A stretch of DNA of 64,000 nt from a virus: IMG/VR virus record IMGVR_UViG_3300010429_002786. One strand, given 5' to 3'. Of the stretch, positions 18,008-27,016 are shown in pieces. Made by a program: the position numbers and the translations under genes. The stretch's first letter is position 1. The number at the start of each line of letters is the position of its first letter. Under the pieces are notes generated by a model. The model was given only the letters and a program-made list of their open reading frames with translations, was not told where the DNA came from and made no database searches.

Positions 18008-18645
18008 CAGGGCTCCTTCTTAGCGGCTGGTGTCAGCGCCTGCTCTGGGGTGCATCCTCGGGCGAGGCGATCGGCGATCGTTTGCCGGGGCATGCCGAGC
18101 TCGATCGCCCACTCCTTGAGGTTCTGCGTGCGGCCAAAGGCCGTCACCTTGCGGTTGGTCCGTCGGTTGTTCGCCTGCTGGACGGGGTTCTCCCAGCGCA
18201 CGTTGCCCGGCTCGTAGTTGCCGTCGTTGTCGATGCGCCCGATGGAGTACTCGGGGCCGGGCTTGGGACCTACGGCGAGCAGGAAGGTCTGGAAGCTATC
18301 GGCCCACGCATCGCAGACCGTGATGCCGCGCGCGCCGTAGTGGTGGTAGTTGCAGTTGCGCGGGTCCCTGCAGCGCGCGACCATCATCCGCCAAGCGTCG
18401 TACTCGGGCGTCGTCTCGCCTCCCACGGCGTGCCCGTGGATGAGCCCACGCAGGCGCTTGTCCTCGTCGGCCAGGCACCCGCAGGATCTGGTTCTGCCCG
18501 AGGTCAAGCTGGAGGCGGCTATCGTAGCTTCCTTGCCGCAGCTGCATCGGCAGCGCCAGTGGAGCTTTCCAGGCATCGGCACTGGCTCGAGCGCTGTCAG
18601 CCGGCCGAATACTTGCCCTTCCAGGTCGCGGTAGCCAGATCTCAT
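18007..18645 (-). CDS. Free-standing HNH-type homing endonuclease
   Basis: 'FGRLT..W.CRCSCG...SCGC..HG...EY.AW..M..RC...YGARGI.VC..W...RIDNDGNYEPGNVRW'. Confidence 0.85.
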   Translation of the reverse strand: MRSGYRDLEGQVFGRLTALEPVPMPGKLHWRCRCSCGKEATIAASSLTSGRTRSCGCLADEDKRLRGLIHGHAVGGETTPEYDAWRMMVARCRDPRNCNYHHYGARGITVCDAWADSFQTFLLAVGPKPGPEYSIGRIDNDGNYEPGNVRWENPVQQANNRRTNRKVTAFGRTQNLKEWAIELGMPRQTIADRLARGCTPEQALTPAAKKEP

Positions 18646-19433
18646 GGTGATTTCTTTTTCTCTTCGCTTTCGCCATCGAGCAGCTCCAGCGCTCGGCGCA
18701 GGCCTCTGGCAGACCCAACTCCCTCCTCAGTGGCCGATGCCAGCGCCGCCCTCACCGACTCAACGCGGCTGTGCCACATCGCCTCGCGATCGTTGATCAT
18801 GTCGGCAGCTCGCTGCAGCGAGACGAGGCCGGACTGCACCAGGAGCGCGTACTCCTCCAGCGCCGCGCTCTCCCCGGCCAGTGCCGTATCTCGCTCCTCC
18901 TCCAGCGCCTCCTCGATCTCCTGGCTGAGCGCGTACTGCCTGTCGTCCAGCGCCTCCAGATCGGCTACTCGCTCGAGAGCCGCCGCCTCGCCGGCCAGCG
19001 CCGTCTCGATCTCATCCTCAGCCGACCTCCACATGCCCTTGCAGAGGTTGCGCAGCGACCTCTCAGCCGACACCTCCTCCAGCGCCGCCGCCTCGCCGGC
19101 GCGGGCGGACTCGGCCTCGGCGAGCAGGTCACGTCTGATGTCAGCAACCTCGACGCAGTAGCGCCAGTTGATCTCCGCCTCGCGCTGCTGCGATCTGCGC
19201 TCGGCGTCGGCAATCGCCTCCCGCATCAGCCGCTCGTGCAGCAGGCCGCGAAACGTCGTCCGCAGGTCGCCGGAGACGGTCCAGCAAGTGGATCCGTTCG
19301 CGTAGAGGTTCCCCGGCGCGTAGTAGCGCACGTTGCCGTAGGCGCCCCAGCAGCGATATCCGCTATCGCGGTCCGTCGCGCACTCCAGAATCCACCGCGC
19401 GTGCCGGTGCACGCGGTCAGAGTTGTCACTCAT
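18642..19433 (-). CDS. Hypothetical coiled-coil protein with three 'AGE(A/S)AALE' repeats
   Basis: 263 aa, overlap-coupled; internal repeats are visible. Confidence 0.6.
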   Translation of the reverse strand: MSDNSDRVHRHARWILECATDRDSGYRCWGAYGNVRYYAPGNLYANGSTCWTVSGDLRTTFRGLLHERLMREAIADAERRSQQREAEINWRYCVEVADIRRDLLAEAESARAGEAAALEEVSAERSLRNLCKGMWRSAEDEIETALAGEAAALERVADLEALDDRQYALSQEIEEALEEERDTALAGESAALEEYALLVQSGLVSLQRAADMINDREAMWHSRVESVRAALASATEEGVGSARGLRRALELLDGESEEKKKSP

Positions 19434-19725
19434 GCTTGCCCTCCGCTATCGAGATCGCCGTGGAGATGGCAGCGCACCATAGCGGGTCGGGCGACGCAGA
19501 GCGCAGAGCCTGCAGCGCCGCAACGATCCGCCCCCGCTCCTCCTTGACGCCCTCAGCGCGGCCGCGCTCGTAGTCGCTGCGCTCGAGGCACTCCGAGCAC
19601 GGCCCGCCAGCGTCTGCGCAATGCAGATACACGACGGTCTTGCCGCAGACGGGGCACTTGGTGCGGGGGTCGTAGGGCATTAGCTCACCACGATCCCGCA
19701 GTTGTAACAGACGTTCATCACTCAT
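19426..19725 (-). CDS. Small Zn-finger-like hypothetical protein
   Basis: 'CPVCG...C...CSEC' with GAGGAG RBS. Confidence 0.5.
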   Translation of the reverse strand: MSDERLLQLRDRGELMPYDPRTKCPVCGKTVVYLHCADAGGPCSECLERSDYERGRAEGVKEERGRIVAALQALRSASPDPLWCAAISTAISIAEGKHE

Positions 19726-20485
19726 TCTCCTCCTCGACGATGACGCGCGGCACGTAGTTTTTGCGGCCGCACTCGCAACTCCCGAGCCAGCAGCGTCCCC
19801 ACCTCGCGCACGTCTCGCACGTCCTCTTCGGCGCCAGGTCGCGCTCGCCGATGCCCACCTCCTCGTCGGAGATCGGGTCGAGCAGGTTGATGGCAGTCTG
19901 CAGTGAATCCGAGCGGGACGCGTGCAGCTCAAACGCCTTCGTGTCTCGCTTGCGCAGCGCCTTGACCACCGCCCTATACTCGTCGTCCTGCTTCTTCAGC
20001 AGCGCCACGATGCGCTCGTCGAACTTGGCGAGCTGCAACTGGTAGATCAGTGACTCGCGGCGCAGCCCCGCTGCCTGCTCGCGGTGCCACGCCACCTGCT
20101 GCTCCAGGCCGACGCACTCGATCCCGTACTGGCAGCGCTGCGCGTCGATCCGGCGTCCGTGCTCCTCCGCCTCGCACGCCGCCTCCAGCACCTCCTCGAG
20201 CAGCGGGAGGATGCGGATGCGCTCCGATTCGGCGCCGCTCCGCCACGTCGCCGCGTGCGACCAATCGCGATCCTCCATCGGCTTGGTCAGCGCGCGAAAC
20301 TCCTCGCCGGCCTGCAGCGACTCCTCGACGGCTGCGTCTATGTCTGCTCCGGTCAGGTTGCGCGGCGGGGGGAACTTGAACTTCACCTTGCCGGCCGGCG
20401 CAAATAGTGCACCGTCGACGCACCGCACGGGCTGCGCGCACTGGCCGATGCTCCAGTGACGGCACTCGAGGCACAGGAATCCCAT
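19718..20485 (-). CDS. Hypothetical protein with terminal Cys clusters and central coiled coil
   Basis: 255 aa with AGGAGG RBS. Confidence 0.6.
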   Translation of the reverse strand: MGFLCLECRHWSIGQCAQPVRCVDGALFAPAGKVKFKFPPPRNLTGADIDAAVEESLQAGEEFRALTKPMEDRDWSHAATWRSGAESERIRILPLLEEVLEAACEAEEHGRRIDAQRCQYGIECVGLEQQVAWHREQAAGLRRESLIYQLQLAKFDERIVALLKKQDDEYRAVVKALRKRDTKAFELHASRSDSLQTAINLLDPISDEEVGIGERDLAPKRTCETCARWGRCWLGSCECGRKNYVPRVIVEEENE

Positions 20486-20512
20486 CGCAGCACCTCCTAC
20501 GTATTCCGAATC

Positions 20513-21178
20513 TTACTTGACCTCGACGCGCGCGCGGTTGGTGTACCCGAGGTGCTGAGGAGGAATTGTCACCGCCTCCTCGGGGAGCCAACCGCGTCGC
20601 AGCCTATCGCGTATTGTCGCCGGTGAGGCGTCCAGCTCGCGGGCCCACTGAGACATAGTCTTCCGCTCTCCACGAGCTTCTATCCATACATTTCTTCGCG
20701 TGTTGTTAGCCTGCTCGAGGTGTGTTGCCCACCTGCAATTGTCGGGGCGGTAGTCTCCGTCTACGTCTGTGCGCTCCAGTGTGTGCTCTGCGGATGGTTT
20801 GCGACCAAGGTCGTGCAGGAAGTTGCGGAAATCACGCCATCGTTCACACACCGCAATGCCTCTTCCACCGTAGTTGTGGTACCCCGCATCGTTGCGGTTA
20901 TCGCATCGTGATAGCATGCGCTGCCACGCAGTGTACTCGTGCGTGGGAGCGCCACGCTTGCTGCATCCGTGCTTCGTGTTGCGCTTTGTCGTAACCAAAC
21001 GCTTTAGGCACCCGCACGATTTAGTCGCTCCACCGGTCAACGACGTAGTGGCTACTACTGATTGGCTCCCGCAGGAGCAGTCGCACAACCAGTGTATTCC
21101 GCGGCCAGCCCACACGGGAGCTACCACCGTAAGCCTACCGAAGCGCCTTCCCGTCAAACTTGGTGTCGATCTGCTCAT
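20513..21178 (-). CDS. Second free-standing HNH-type homing endonuclease
   Basis: Same motif set as 18007-18645; visibly lower GC; directly downstream of polA. Confidence 0.85.
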   Translation of the reverse strand: MSRSTPSLTGRRFGRLTVVAPVWAGRGIHWLCDCSCGSQSVVATTSLTGGATKSCGCLKRLVTTKRNTKHGCSKRGAPTHEYTAWQRMLSRCDNRNDAGYHNYGGRGIAVCERWRDFRNFLHDLGRKPSAEHTLERTDVDGDYRPDNCRWATHLEQANNTRRNVWIEARGERKTMSQWARELDASPATIRDRLRRGWLPEEAVTIPPQHLGYTNRARVEVK

Positions 21179-21184
21179 GTAGGC

Positions 21185-21213
21185 AAAGTAGGGCAGATTT
21201 AACTGCGTGTCAA
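21185..21213 (-). promoter_or_regulatory. Sigma70-like promoter TTGACA-N17-TACTTT
   Basis: The -10 box ends 6 nt before HNH ATG 21178 (leaderless arrangement). Confidence 0.6.
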
Positions 21214-21225
21214 GTTTTCCGAAGT

Positions 21226-24165
21226 TTACTTAACATCCAGCAATGTGCGCCCAACTTTGGCTTTTGCAGTCAGGCGAACGGGGCCTGCCGGCCCGTCGAC
21301 GATGTCGTTGCCGAAGAGGTGGTCGACAAGCTTCTTGATCGACTCGGCGTCTTTCTCCCAGCATTCGACCACGACCTGGTCGTGCCCGTGCATGATGATC
21401 CACGCATCGTTGTATCGACGCTTCAGCTCGTCCTGGATGTGCACCATGGCCACCCCGACGAAGTCCGAGCCGATCACCTGCACGTCCCAGTTGGCCACCT
21501 CGTTGTACTCAGCCAGGGCAGGAATCGGGAAGTAGCGCCGGCGACCGAGAGGAGGTGCCTCGATGAAATAGTCGCGTTGTATCTTGTCGTACTTGGCATC
21601 GTGGTAGCGCTTGAACTCGACGAACTTGCCCAGGTAGCTGTGATAGATGTGCGACACGACCGGCAGCGTCAGCGCGGCCCGCATCTCGACGGAGAGATAC
21701 TTCTTCTCCCGGACGGTGTGCCACACCGTCTTGACCATGGCCATGTAAAGCGAAGCGTAGACTACGTTCTTGACCGCGTCGCGCAGCTTCTTGCGCTCGG
21801 ACTTGTCCTTCTCCATGAACCCGGGCCACACATGCTTCGAGGCGAGCGTGTGCGGGTCTCCGTCGGGCTTGGCCATCTCCTCGATCAGCTCGCGCACGCC
21901 GGCGCGCGCGGCCGCAACGCGCAGTTCGAGCTGGTCCTTGTCTGCCCCGACGAAGCAGCGTCCCGGAGGAGCCTCGATGAAGTCGCGGTCTTCCTTGGGC
22001 CAGTTCTGTACGTTGTCCTTCGAGGAGAATCGCGAACCTTTCTGCCCTGCGCTGTTTCCGCTGATGACCACCTTGCCGCCTCGGCGTACCACCAGGAACG
22101 AGGTGGGCACGTTGACGCAGTAGACGGTGTGGGTCCCGCGCATCGCCACCGCAGGACTTGGTTTTTTGACCGCAGAGAATCTGCGCTTGCGAATGTTGAC
22201 CCGCCAGCCGCTTCCACCTTGAAACTGGTGCTTTGATACGTGGGCTCTCCGGCCAGTGAGGCAGGCTATTATTTGCACCCACATAGCGTTGTCGGCCACA
22301 GTTGTGTTATAACGGCCGCCTAGCCCCTCCTGGCTTCCATCCCACTTGGTTACCTCAGCAGAAAACGCTTCCGCTTCATCCATGGTCATGTCGTACAACC
22401 AGGGGCCCCACGACCTCTCTTTGCGCAGGAGGTCTTTCAGCTTGCCGGTCAGCGAGCTGGTTGCCAATCGTACGCTGTACCTGCAGGTGTAGCCAGACGG
22501 CAGTTCCGGCCCAAGATCCTTGCAGGTGTAGTCATGGTCGAGCGCGTCCAGTATCGACAGCAGCCGGCGATACTTACGCTCTTTATTGAAGTTGAATCTC
22601 CAGGTGTTTCCTATCAGCGATCCGTCCGCCTGCGCGGCCACGAGCAGCCGAACCCCGTTTTCTCCCAGGTCCAGTCCGGTCGGGCTGAATAGGTGGGTGC
22701 CAGCATGTACCCACCGAAGGTTGCTGCGTAGTTCGCCAGCCGCAAGCACGTGCACTCGCTTCTTGCGGCCGGGTCGCTCGCGCAGCAGTTGCCGATGGTT
22801 CGGTGTGACACGCAGGTCCACCTGTTCAGATTTCACCTGCAGCAGTTTTGCGCCGGCTGCTGCCACAGGATTAGATCCCTTGACGAACGAGATGGACTCG
22901 CTGTCAGGGTCGTACTGCGCGAACTTGAGCCCGTCAACGCGCTTGACAGCTTCCGGGAACTTGATGAACCCCTTGTCGGTCAGAACTTCTGTTTCTGCGT
23001 CGTAGCAGTTCCACTGCGGGTGCATGCGCCGGTCGCGCTCGATGTAGCTCGCGAACGCGCCCTTCGGCGAGTAGAGCCGCGTGTGCCGAACCTGCCACTC
23101 CTGCACCTTCACGATGCGGCTGATGATGGGATCCTCGAGCCGATCGATGAGGGTCTCGCTCTTGTAGCTCGTCGTCGGTGTGTGCGTCTTCTCAGACCAC
23201 GCGGTAGGCTTCAGCTTGAGGTACCTGTCCCCGTAGTAGACCTCGACCCGGTGCGCGTTGTTCATCGGGTTGAAGTCGGGCCACTGCAGCAGCTCCCGCA
23301 GCTCCGCCTTCGCCTTCTCGATCTTGCCGAGCAGCTCCGCGCCCATCTGCGCCCGCCGCTCGTAGTTGATGGGCAGCCCCGCCAGCTCCATGTCGGTCGC
23401 CAGGTCGGCAAAGGCGTTCTGATAGGTGATGAGCTGCTGGCTCATGCCCCGCTCGGCGATCTCTCGCATGAGCGGGTCCACGAGCTTGCCCGTGTTGAGC
23501 GCGTCCTTCGCGTTGTACACGAGCAGCTCGATCACGTCTTCGGTAGCCGCCTTCTTTCCCCCGTGGTCGGAGATCTTCCAGGGCTCGACGTCCAGATAGG
23601 TATGGCCGATGAAGCCCAAGTCCTTTGGGATGTCGGGCTGAACGATGTGCGCAAGCCCCTGGGTGTCTATCGTACGGCCGCGGATGGTGAAGCCTTTGGC
23701 CGAGAGCACGCAGCGGTCGTAGGGCGAATTCTGATAGATCTTGGTAACAGACTCCTCGGCCAGGAGCAGTCTCAGCTCCTCGGTCAGCACGCGCTCGGCC
23801 TCCCACGGTAGCGTGTTCAGGCCTTGCAGCGTCCAGGCCACAGCCACGTCGTTTCCGTCGACGCCAGAGAGCGCGATGGAGTAGAGGTTGCAGCGGAACA
23901 TGTTGAGTCCGCTGGTCTCAATATCGACGGAGGTCGGCACCTGGCGAAGCCGCCAGCATCGCATCCACTCGAGAGCCACGCGAACCACGTGCTCGAGAGG
24001 ATCTGGATTTCCCGGGTGCACAATGACGAAGTTCTCGTGCTGGTTCGGTACCGCTCCGGGCTGCGCGAGACGCCAAGCCTTGCGCAGATCAGCGGTCACC
24101 ACGTCGGAGATGGGCTTGCCTCCCCGGAGGAACGACGCTGGGTGGACAGTCGGGATACCCCACAT
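21226..24165 (-). CDS. polA: Family A DNA polymerase with 3'-5' exonuclease, an N-terminal UDG C-fragment and an intein
   Basis: ExoI 'DIETSG', ExoII 'NSPYD', ExoIII 'YNAKD'; motif A 'ADKDQLELR', motif B 'R.AVKNVVY', motif C 'HDQ'. Confidence 0.93.
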   Translation of the reverse strand: MWGIPTVHPASFLRGGKPISDVVTADLRKAWRLAQPGAVPNQHENFVIVHPGNPDPLEHVVRVALEWMRCWRLRQVPTSVDIETSGLNMFRCNLYSIALSGVDGNDVAVAWTLQGLNTLPWEAERVLTEELRLLLAEESVTKIYQNSPYDRCVLSAKGFTIRGRTIDTQGLAHIVQPDIPKDLGFIGHTYLDVEPWKISDHGGKKAATEDVIELLVYNAKDALNTGKLVDPLMREIAERGMSQQLITYQNAFADLATDMELAGLPINYERRAQMGAELLGKIEKAKAELRELLQWPDFNPMNNAHRVEVYYGDRYLKLKPTAWSEKTHTPTTSYKSETLIDRLEDPIISRIVKVQEWQVRHTRLYSPKGAFASYIERDRRMHPQWNCYDAETEVLTDKGFIKFPEAVKRVDGLKFAQYDPDSESISFVKGSNPVAAAGAKLLQVKSEQVDLRVTPNHRQLLRERPGRKKRVHVLAAGELRSNLRWVHAGTHLFSPTGLDLGENGVRLLVAAQADGSLIGNTWRFNFNKERKYRRLLSILDALDHDYTCKDLGPELPSGYTCRYSVRLATSSLTGKLKDLLRKERSWGPWLYDMTMDEAEAFSAEVTKWDGSQEGLGGRYNTTVADNAMWVQIIACLTGRRAHVSKHQFQGGSGWRVNIRKRRFSAVKKPSPAVAMRGTHTVYCVNVPTSFLVVRRGGKVVISGNSAGQKGSRFSSKDNVQNWPKEDRDFIEAPPGRCFVGADKDQLELRVAAARAGVRELIEEMAKPDGDPHTLASKHVWPGFMEKDKSERKKLRDAVKNVVYASLYMAMVKTVWHTVREKKYLSVEMRAALTLPVVSHIYHSYLGKFVEFKRYHDAKYDKIQRDYFIEAPPLGRRRYFPIPALAEYNEVANWDVQVIGSDFVGVAMVHIQDELKRRYNDAWIIMHGHDQVVVECWEKDAESIKKLVDHLFGNDIVDGPAGPVRLTAKAKVGRTLLDVK
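22054..23007 (-). mobile_element. Intein (318 aa) with LAGLIDADG endonuclease in PolA
   Basis: N|CYDAETEVLTDKG ... 'VTPNHR' ... 'LVAAQADGS' ... 'VYCVNVP...VVISGN|S'. Confidence 0.9.
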
Positions 24166-24356
24166 CAGATGGCCTCTTCGAGCGCGGCGATCACTCGCCG
24201 CGCCTTGCTGTAGCTACGGAAGAAGACTCTGTCGTACCCCGACAGCGTGCCGACGTACCCACCAGCGTGGCGCATGAGCAGCTTCCACCCTTTTCCTTCG
24301 ACCCAGGTGGCGTACAGCCGCGGCTTCGCGGTGCGATGAGCGCTGTCCCGGCTCAC
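24165..24356 (-). CDS. Small 63-aa protein between the two halves of the UDG domain
   Basis: GTGA overlap with the upstream UDG stop and TGATG overlap with the polA start. Confidence 0.55.
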   Translation of the reverse strand: MSRDSAHRTAKPRLYATWVEGKGWKLLMRHAGGYVGTLSGYDRVFFRSYSKARRVIAALEEAI

Positions 24357-24961
24357 TTCGAGCTCCTGGCTCGCATGATAGGGGCGTGCTCCTTGCCGGC
24401 CACGACGCGCGTCAGTACTGCTTCGAGGTCGAGGTCGAGTCGTGAGCCTCGGTAGGCAAAGATGGACGCGTCGGGCAGATCTGAGACCGCCCAGAGCGCG
24501 AAGTTGCCGATCGGCACGACGACCTGGGGGCCTACCATCAGCAGCTCGCGCAGCAGCCGCTGCCTGCATGCCCAGGCGCTCATCACCTTGACCTGTTGCT
24601 CCGGTATGACTGCCCCATTCGAGAGCGTGATGTCGCGCGGTCTGCACAGAGCGCTGTTGGAGACCCACACCTGATCGCGAGTCAGTCCAAACGAGGCACA
24701 CATCTGCCAGACGAGCTGCCCTGTAGGGCCGACCAGCCCGTAGCCGTCTTGTTCCTCTTGCCTCCCGGGGTTCTCCGCCACGAAGGCGATGCGTGCCGGG
24801 ATGGGCCCGTCTGGTAGTACCTTGCGGCAGTACTTCAGCGGGCACTGATCGCAGTTCGGCTGCGCGAGCAGTGCGTGCACCCGCTGCCCGGGAGTCCAGC
24901 TCGGCAGCCGCACTCCCTGATCCGCCGCCGAGGCCTGAGTCCACAAACTGCTCGCGCTCAC
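24353..24961 (-). CDS. Uracil-DNA glycosylase family 4-like domain, N-terminal part lacking motif B
   Basis: 'CDQCPL', 'IAFVAENPG..E...G..LVG.TG', 'NSALCRP' and 'C...L..EL....P.VVVPIG..A...RG'; GTG start overlaps the previous stop. Confidence 0.85.
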   Translation of the reverse strand: MSASSLWTQASAADQGVRLPSWTPGQRVHALLAQPNCDQCPLKYCRKVLPDGPIPARIAFVAENPGRQEEQDGYGLVGPTGQLVWQMCASFGLTRDQVWVSNSALCRPRDITLSNGAVIPEQQVKVMSAWACRQRLLRELLMVGPQVVVPIGNFALWAVSDLPDASIFAYRGSRLDLDLEAVLTRVVAGKEHAPIMRARSSK

Positions 24962-25479
24962 TTCTTGTACTCCACCAAGACGAATCTCTCGTCGGTTAGA
25001 TGCCTCTCGAGTATGGGCAGCACCTCTTCTGGCTTGCGCCCACCGTTTCCGCAGCCGACGAGAGGCACGTAGATGTTGGCCCCGCCGACGCGTTCCATGA
25101 TGCGCACGGCTTGAGCCAGGTTGTATGCAGATCTCTCGATCAGCTCGAGCGAGGCTTCCTGCCGCCACGATAGGTACGGGTGGCCAAGGTCGAGAGGCTT
25201 GACCGGGAAGAGGATGAGGTTGCTAAAGCAGCAGGGCTGCGTCGCCGCGCCGAAGCGCTTACAGAAGGCTCCATACCACGACGGCAGCATCGGATAGTGC
25301 CTCTTCGCCTGCAGCGCGATCCCGGCGCCCATCACGTTCTTTCCCTCAGAGGTCCACCCGATGTTCGTCGGCACCACGATCCAGTGCGGACTCCTACCTA
25401 ACTCCCAGATGTTTCCCTTAACCTTGACCATCACGACCTCCGCGACCTGCTCCTCTTTGGCCTGTGCTTGTTGTTCCAC
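24958..25479 (-). CDS. Macro domain (ADP-ribose binding/hydrolase)-like protein
   Basis: 'KGNIW...IVVPTN...NVMGAGIALQAK..YP', 'FPVK' and 'P.VGCGNGG'. Confidence 0.8.
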   Translation of the reverse strand: MEQQAQAKEEQVAEVVMVKVKGNIWELGRSPHWIVVPTNIGWTSEGKNVMGAGIALQAKRHYPMLPSWYGAFCKRFGAATQPCCFSNLILFPVKPLDLGHPYLSWRQEASLELIERSAYNLAQAVRIMERVGGANIYVPLVGCGNGGRKPEEVLPILERHLTDERFVLVEYKK

Positions 25480-25757
25480 ATCCTAGCAGCGCGCTGCAAT
25501 GCCACACGAACCTCGCGCGCTGCGGCGGAGACGCCGTCGATCTGCGCTACAATGCACCAGTCGACTCGCGCGTCGTTCGGCCCAAGAGCGAAGACTGTAT
25601 TGACGATCACCTCCAGTCCTCGATTAGCCGCCTGTTCTATAATCGCGCTCGCACTGCTGCCTACGCTGAGCTCCCTCCATGGCTTCCGTGCCCTTCTGGC
25701 CATCAGGTCGGCAGCCATGGCGACCGTTTCTGGATCACTCGCTGTTTTCATCTTCAT
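25431..25757 (-). CDS. Hypothetical protein
   Basis: 108 aa with GAGGA RBS; ATGA-coupled. Confidence 0.5.
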   Translation of the reverse strand: MKMKTASDPETVAMAADLMARRARKPWRELSVGSSASAIIEQAANRGLEVIVNTVFALGPNDARVDWCIVAQIDGVSAAAREVRVALQRAARMWNNKHRPKRSRSRRS

Positions 25758-26212
25758 TGCGTCCTCGCAGACTCGAGAGCCTCCGCGTCGAGACCTTGAT
25801 AGGGGCAGCTCTCGGTGAGCTGCATCCAGAGGCGTTTCTTCTCGGCGTGCATGACACCGAGCACAGTCCCCCGCCGTTTGTATCTCCAGTCCCTCGAGTC
25901 CTCGGAAGGCTTCCGGAGTGTCTCGACAATAGCTTTGTAGTGGGCACGCTCCCTGGTGCGCGGCTTGCGCTTCCACTTTCGGGGGAACGGAGGAAGCATT
26001 TCGGGTACCGTGAACGGCACGAAGTCTCTGTATCGACATCGGTACGGGCACCCTTCACAGCGCAGCGTGAGCCAATAAGGTGGGTGAGCGGAGCGAGCTG
26101 ACGCGGTACGCTGCGGCGGCCGTGGTCGCATGCTACCGCTCACCCGGGGAACCTGCGGGCGTCGAACCCGCTCTCGCCACTCGGCGCCACTTGGCGAGTC
26201 GCCCGTGCCCAC
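25754..26212 (-). CDS. Hypothetical basic protein
   Basis: The ORF fills the operon gap; the start is uncertain. Confidence 0.4.
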   Translation of the reverse strand: MGTGDSPSGAEWRERVRRPQVPRVSGSMRPRPPQRTASARSAHPPYWLTLRCEGCPYRCRYRDFVPFTVPEMLPPFPRKWKRKPRTRERAHYKAIVETLRKPSEDSRDWRYKRRGTVLGVMHAEKKRLWMQLTESCPYQGLDAEALESARTQ

Positions 26213-26238
26213 ATCGATGGGGCTGCTGGGGTCCCATA

Positions 26239-26268
26239 AGCCCGAGCCGCACCATTGCGGCTCGGGCT
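26239..26268. terminator. Perfect 13-bp stem-loop downstream of the SSB gene
   Basis: AGCCCGAGCCGCA-ccat-TGCGGCTCGGGCT; U-tract weak. Confidence 0.5.
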
Positions 26269-26311
26269 GCAGTCCGTTCAGTTCACGATCGAGAGATCCC
26301 CCTACGAAGCG

Positions 26312-26941
26312 CTAGCGCTGGCCGACGAAGCCCGGAGGGGGCGCCGGCGCGGCGAAGCCCTGCGGGGCCATCGGCTGCGCGGCCTGGGGCGCCGGCACGA
26401 AGCCCTGCGGCATCGCCGGGGCGGCGAACTGCGGCTGCGCGAACTGCGGCTGCGCGGGCGCCGGGGTGACCGCCGGGACGACCGGCTGGAGCATGCTCGG
26501 CGAGGGCGCGGTCGCTGGGGCGTTCATCGGGGCGGCTTGGGGCTGGCCGGCCGCCTGGATGGGGCGCTCGTCGCCGACGTTGACGCTGTCGTTGCGCATC
26601 GTCAGCTTGACGAGGATCTGCCGCCCGACGAGCCACGCGTCGTCGAACTGCCCACCGTTGGCGGCCACGTGCTGGCCGAGACCCGCCGCGTCGATCAGCC
26701 GGCGGAGGAAGGGCGCGCCCTTGTCCGACAGCATGTAGTTGTGGTAGACCTTGCGGCCGTTCGAGTCCTGCGCCGCGCCAGGCCCCATGAGCACCTTGGA
26801 GACGATCTCCAGGTAGGGATTGCCCGTCTCCTTCGCGGCCTTCTGGGTCGCGCTGACGATCTCCAGGTAGTAGTCGCCCGCGACGGGACGCCACTTCTCG
26901 GCCGGCTGGACGTTCGCCATGTTGAGAGGGATGACTGCCAT
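26312..26941 (-). CDS. DUF669-like single-stranded DNA-binding protein with Pro/Gln/Ala-rich tail
   Basis: 'P..GDY..EI.....K..K.TGNPYL.I...V....GRKV.HNY.L' OB-fold pattern; adjacent to the Sak4-like gene. Confidence 0.8.
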   Translation of the reverse strand: MAVIPLNMANVQPAEKWRPVAGDYYLEIVSATQKAAKETGNPYLEIVSKVLMGPGAAQDSNGRKVYHNYMLSDKGAPFLRRLIDAAGLGQHVAANGGQFDDAWLVGRQILVKLTMRNDSVNVGDERPIQAAGQPQAAPMNAPATAPSPSMLQPVVPAVTPAPAQPQFAQPQFAAPAMPQGFVPAPQAAQPMAPQGFAAPAPPPGFVGQR

Positions 26942-27016
26942 GTGCTTTCTCCTTGGTTGCCGCTCACGTGAGTGAGCGCGTGTTGTGGGTACGTATTGGG
27001 CACCCGGGTGAACTGC

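Noticed and set aside
24165..24356. Group I intron or ribosomal bypass between UDG and PolA
   Set aside because: The gap is short, has no recognisable intron core, and is fully occupied by an ORF with overlapping start/stop codons on both sides. It is not formally excluded without RT-PCR.
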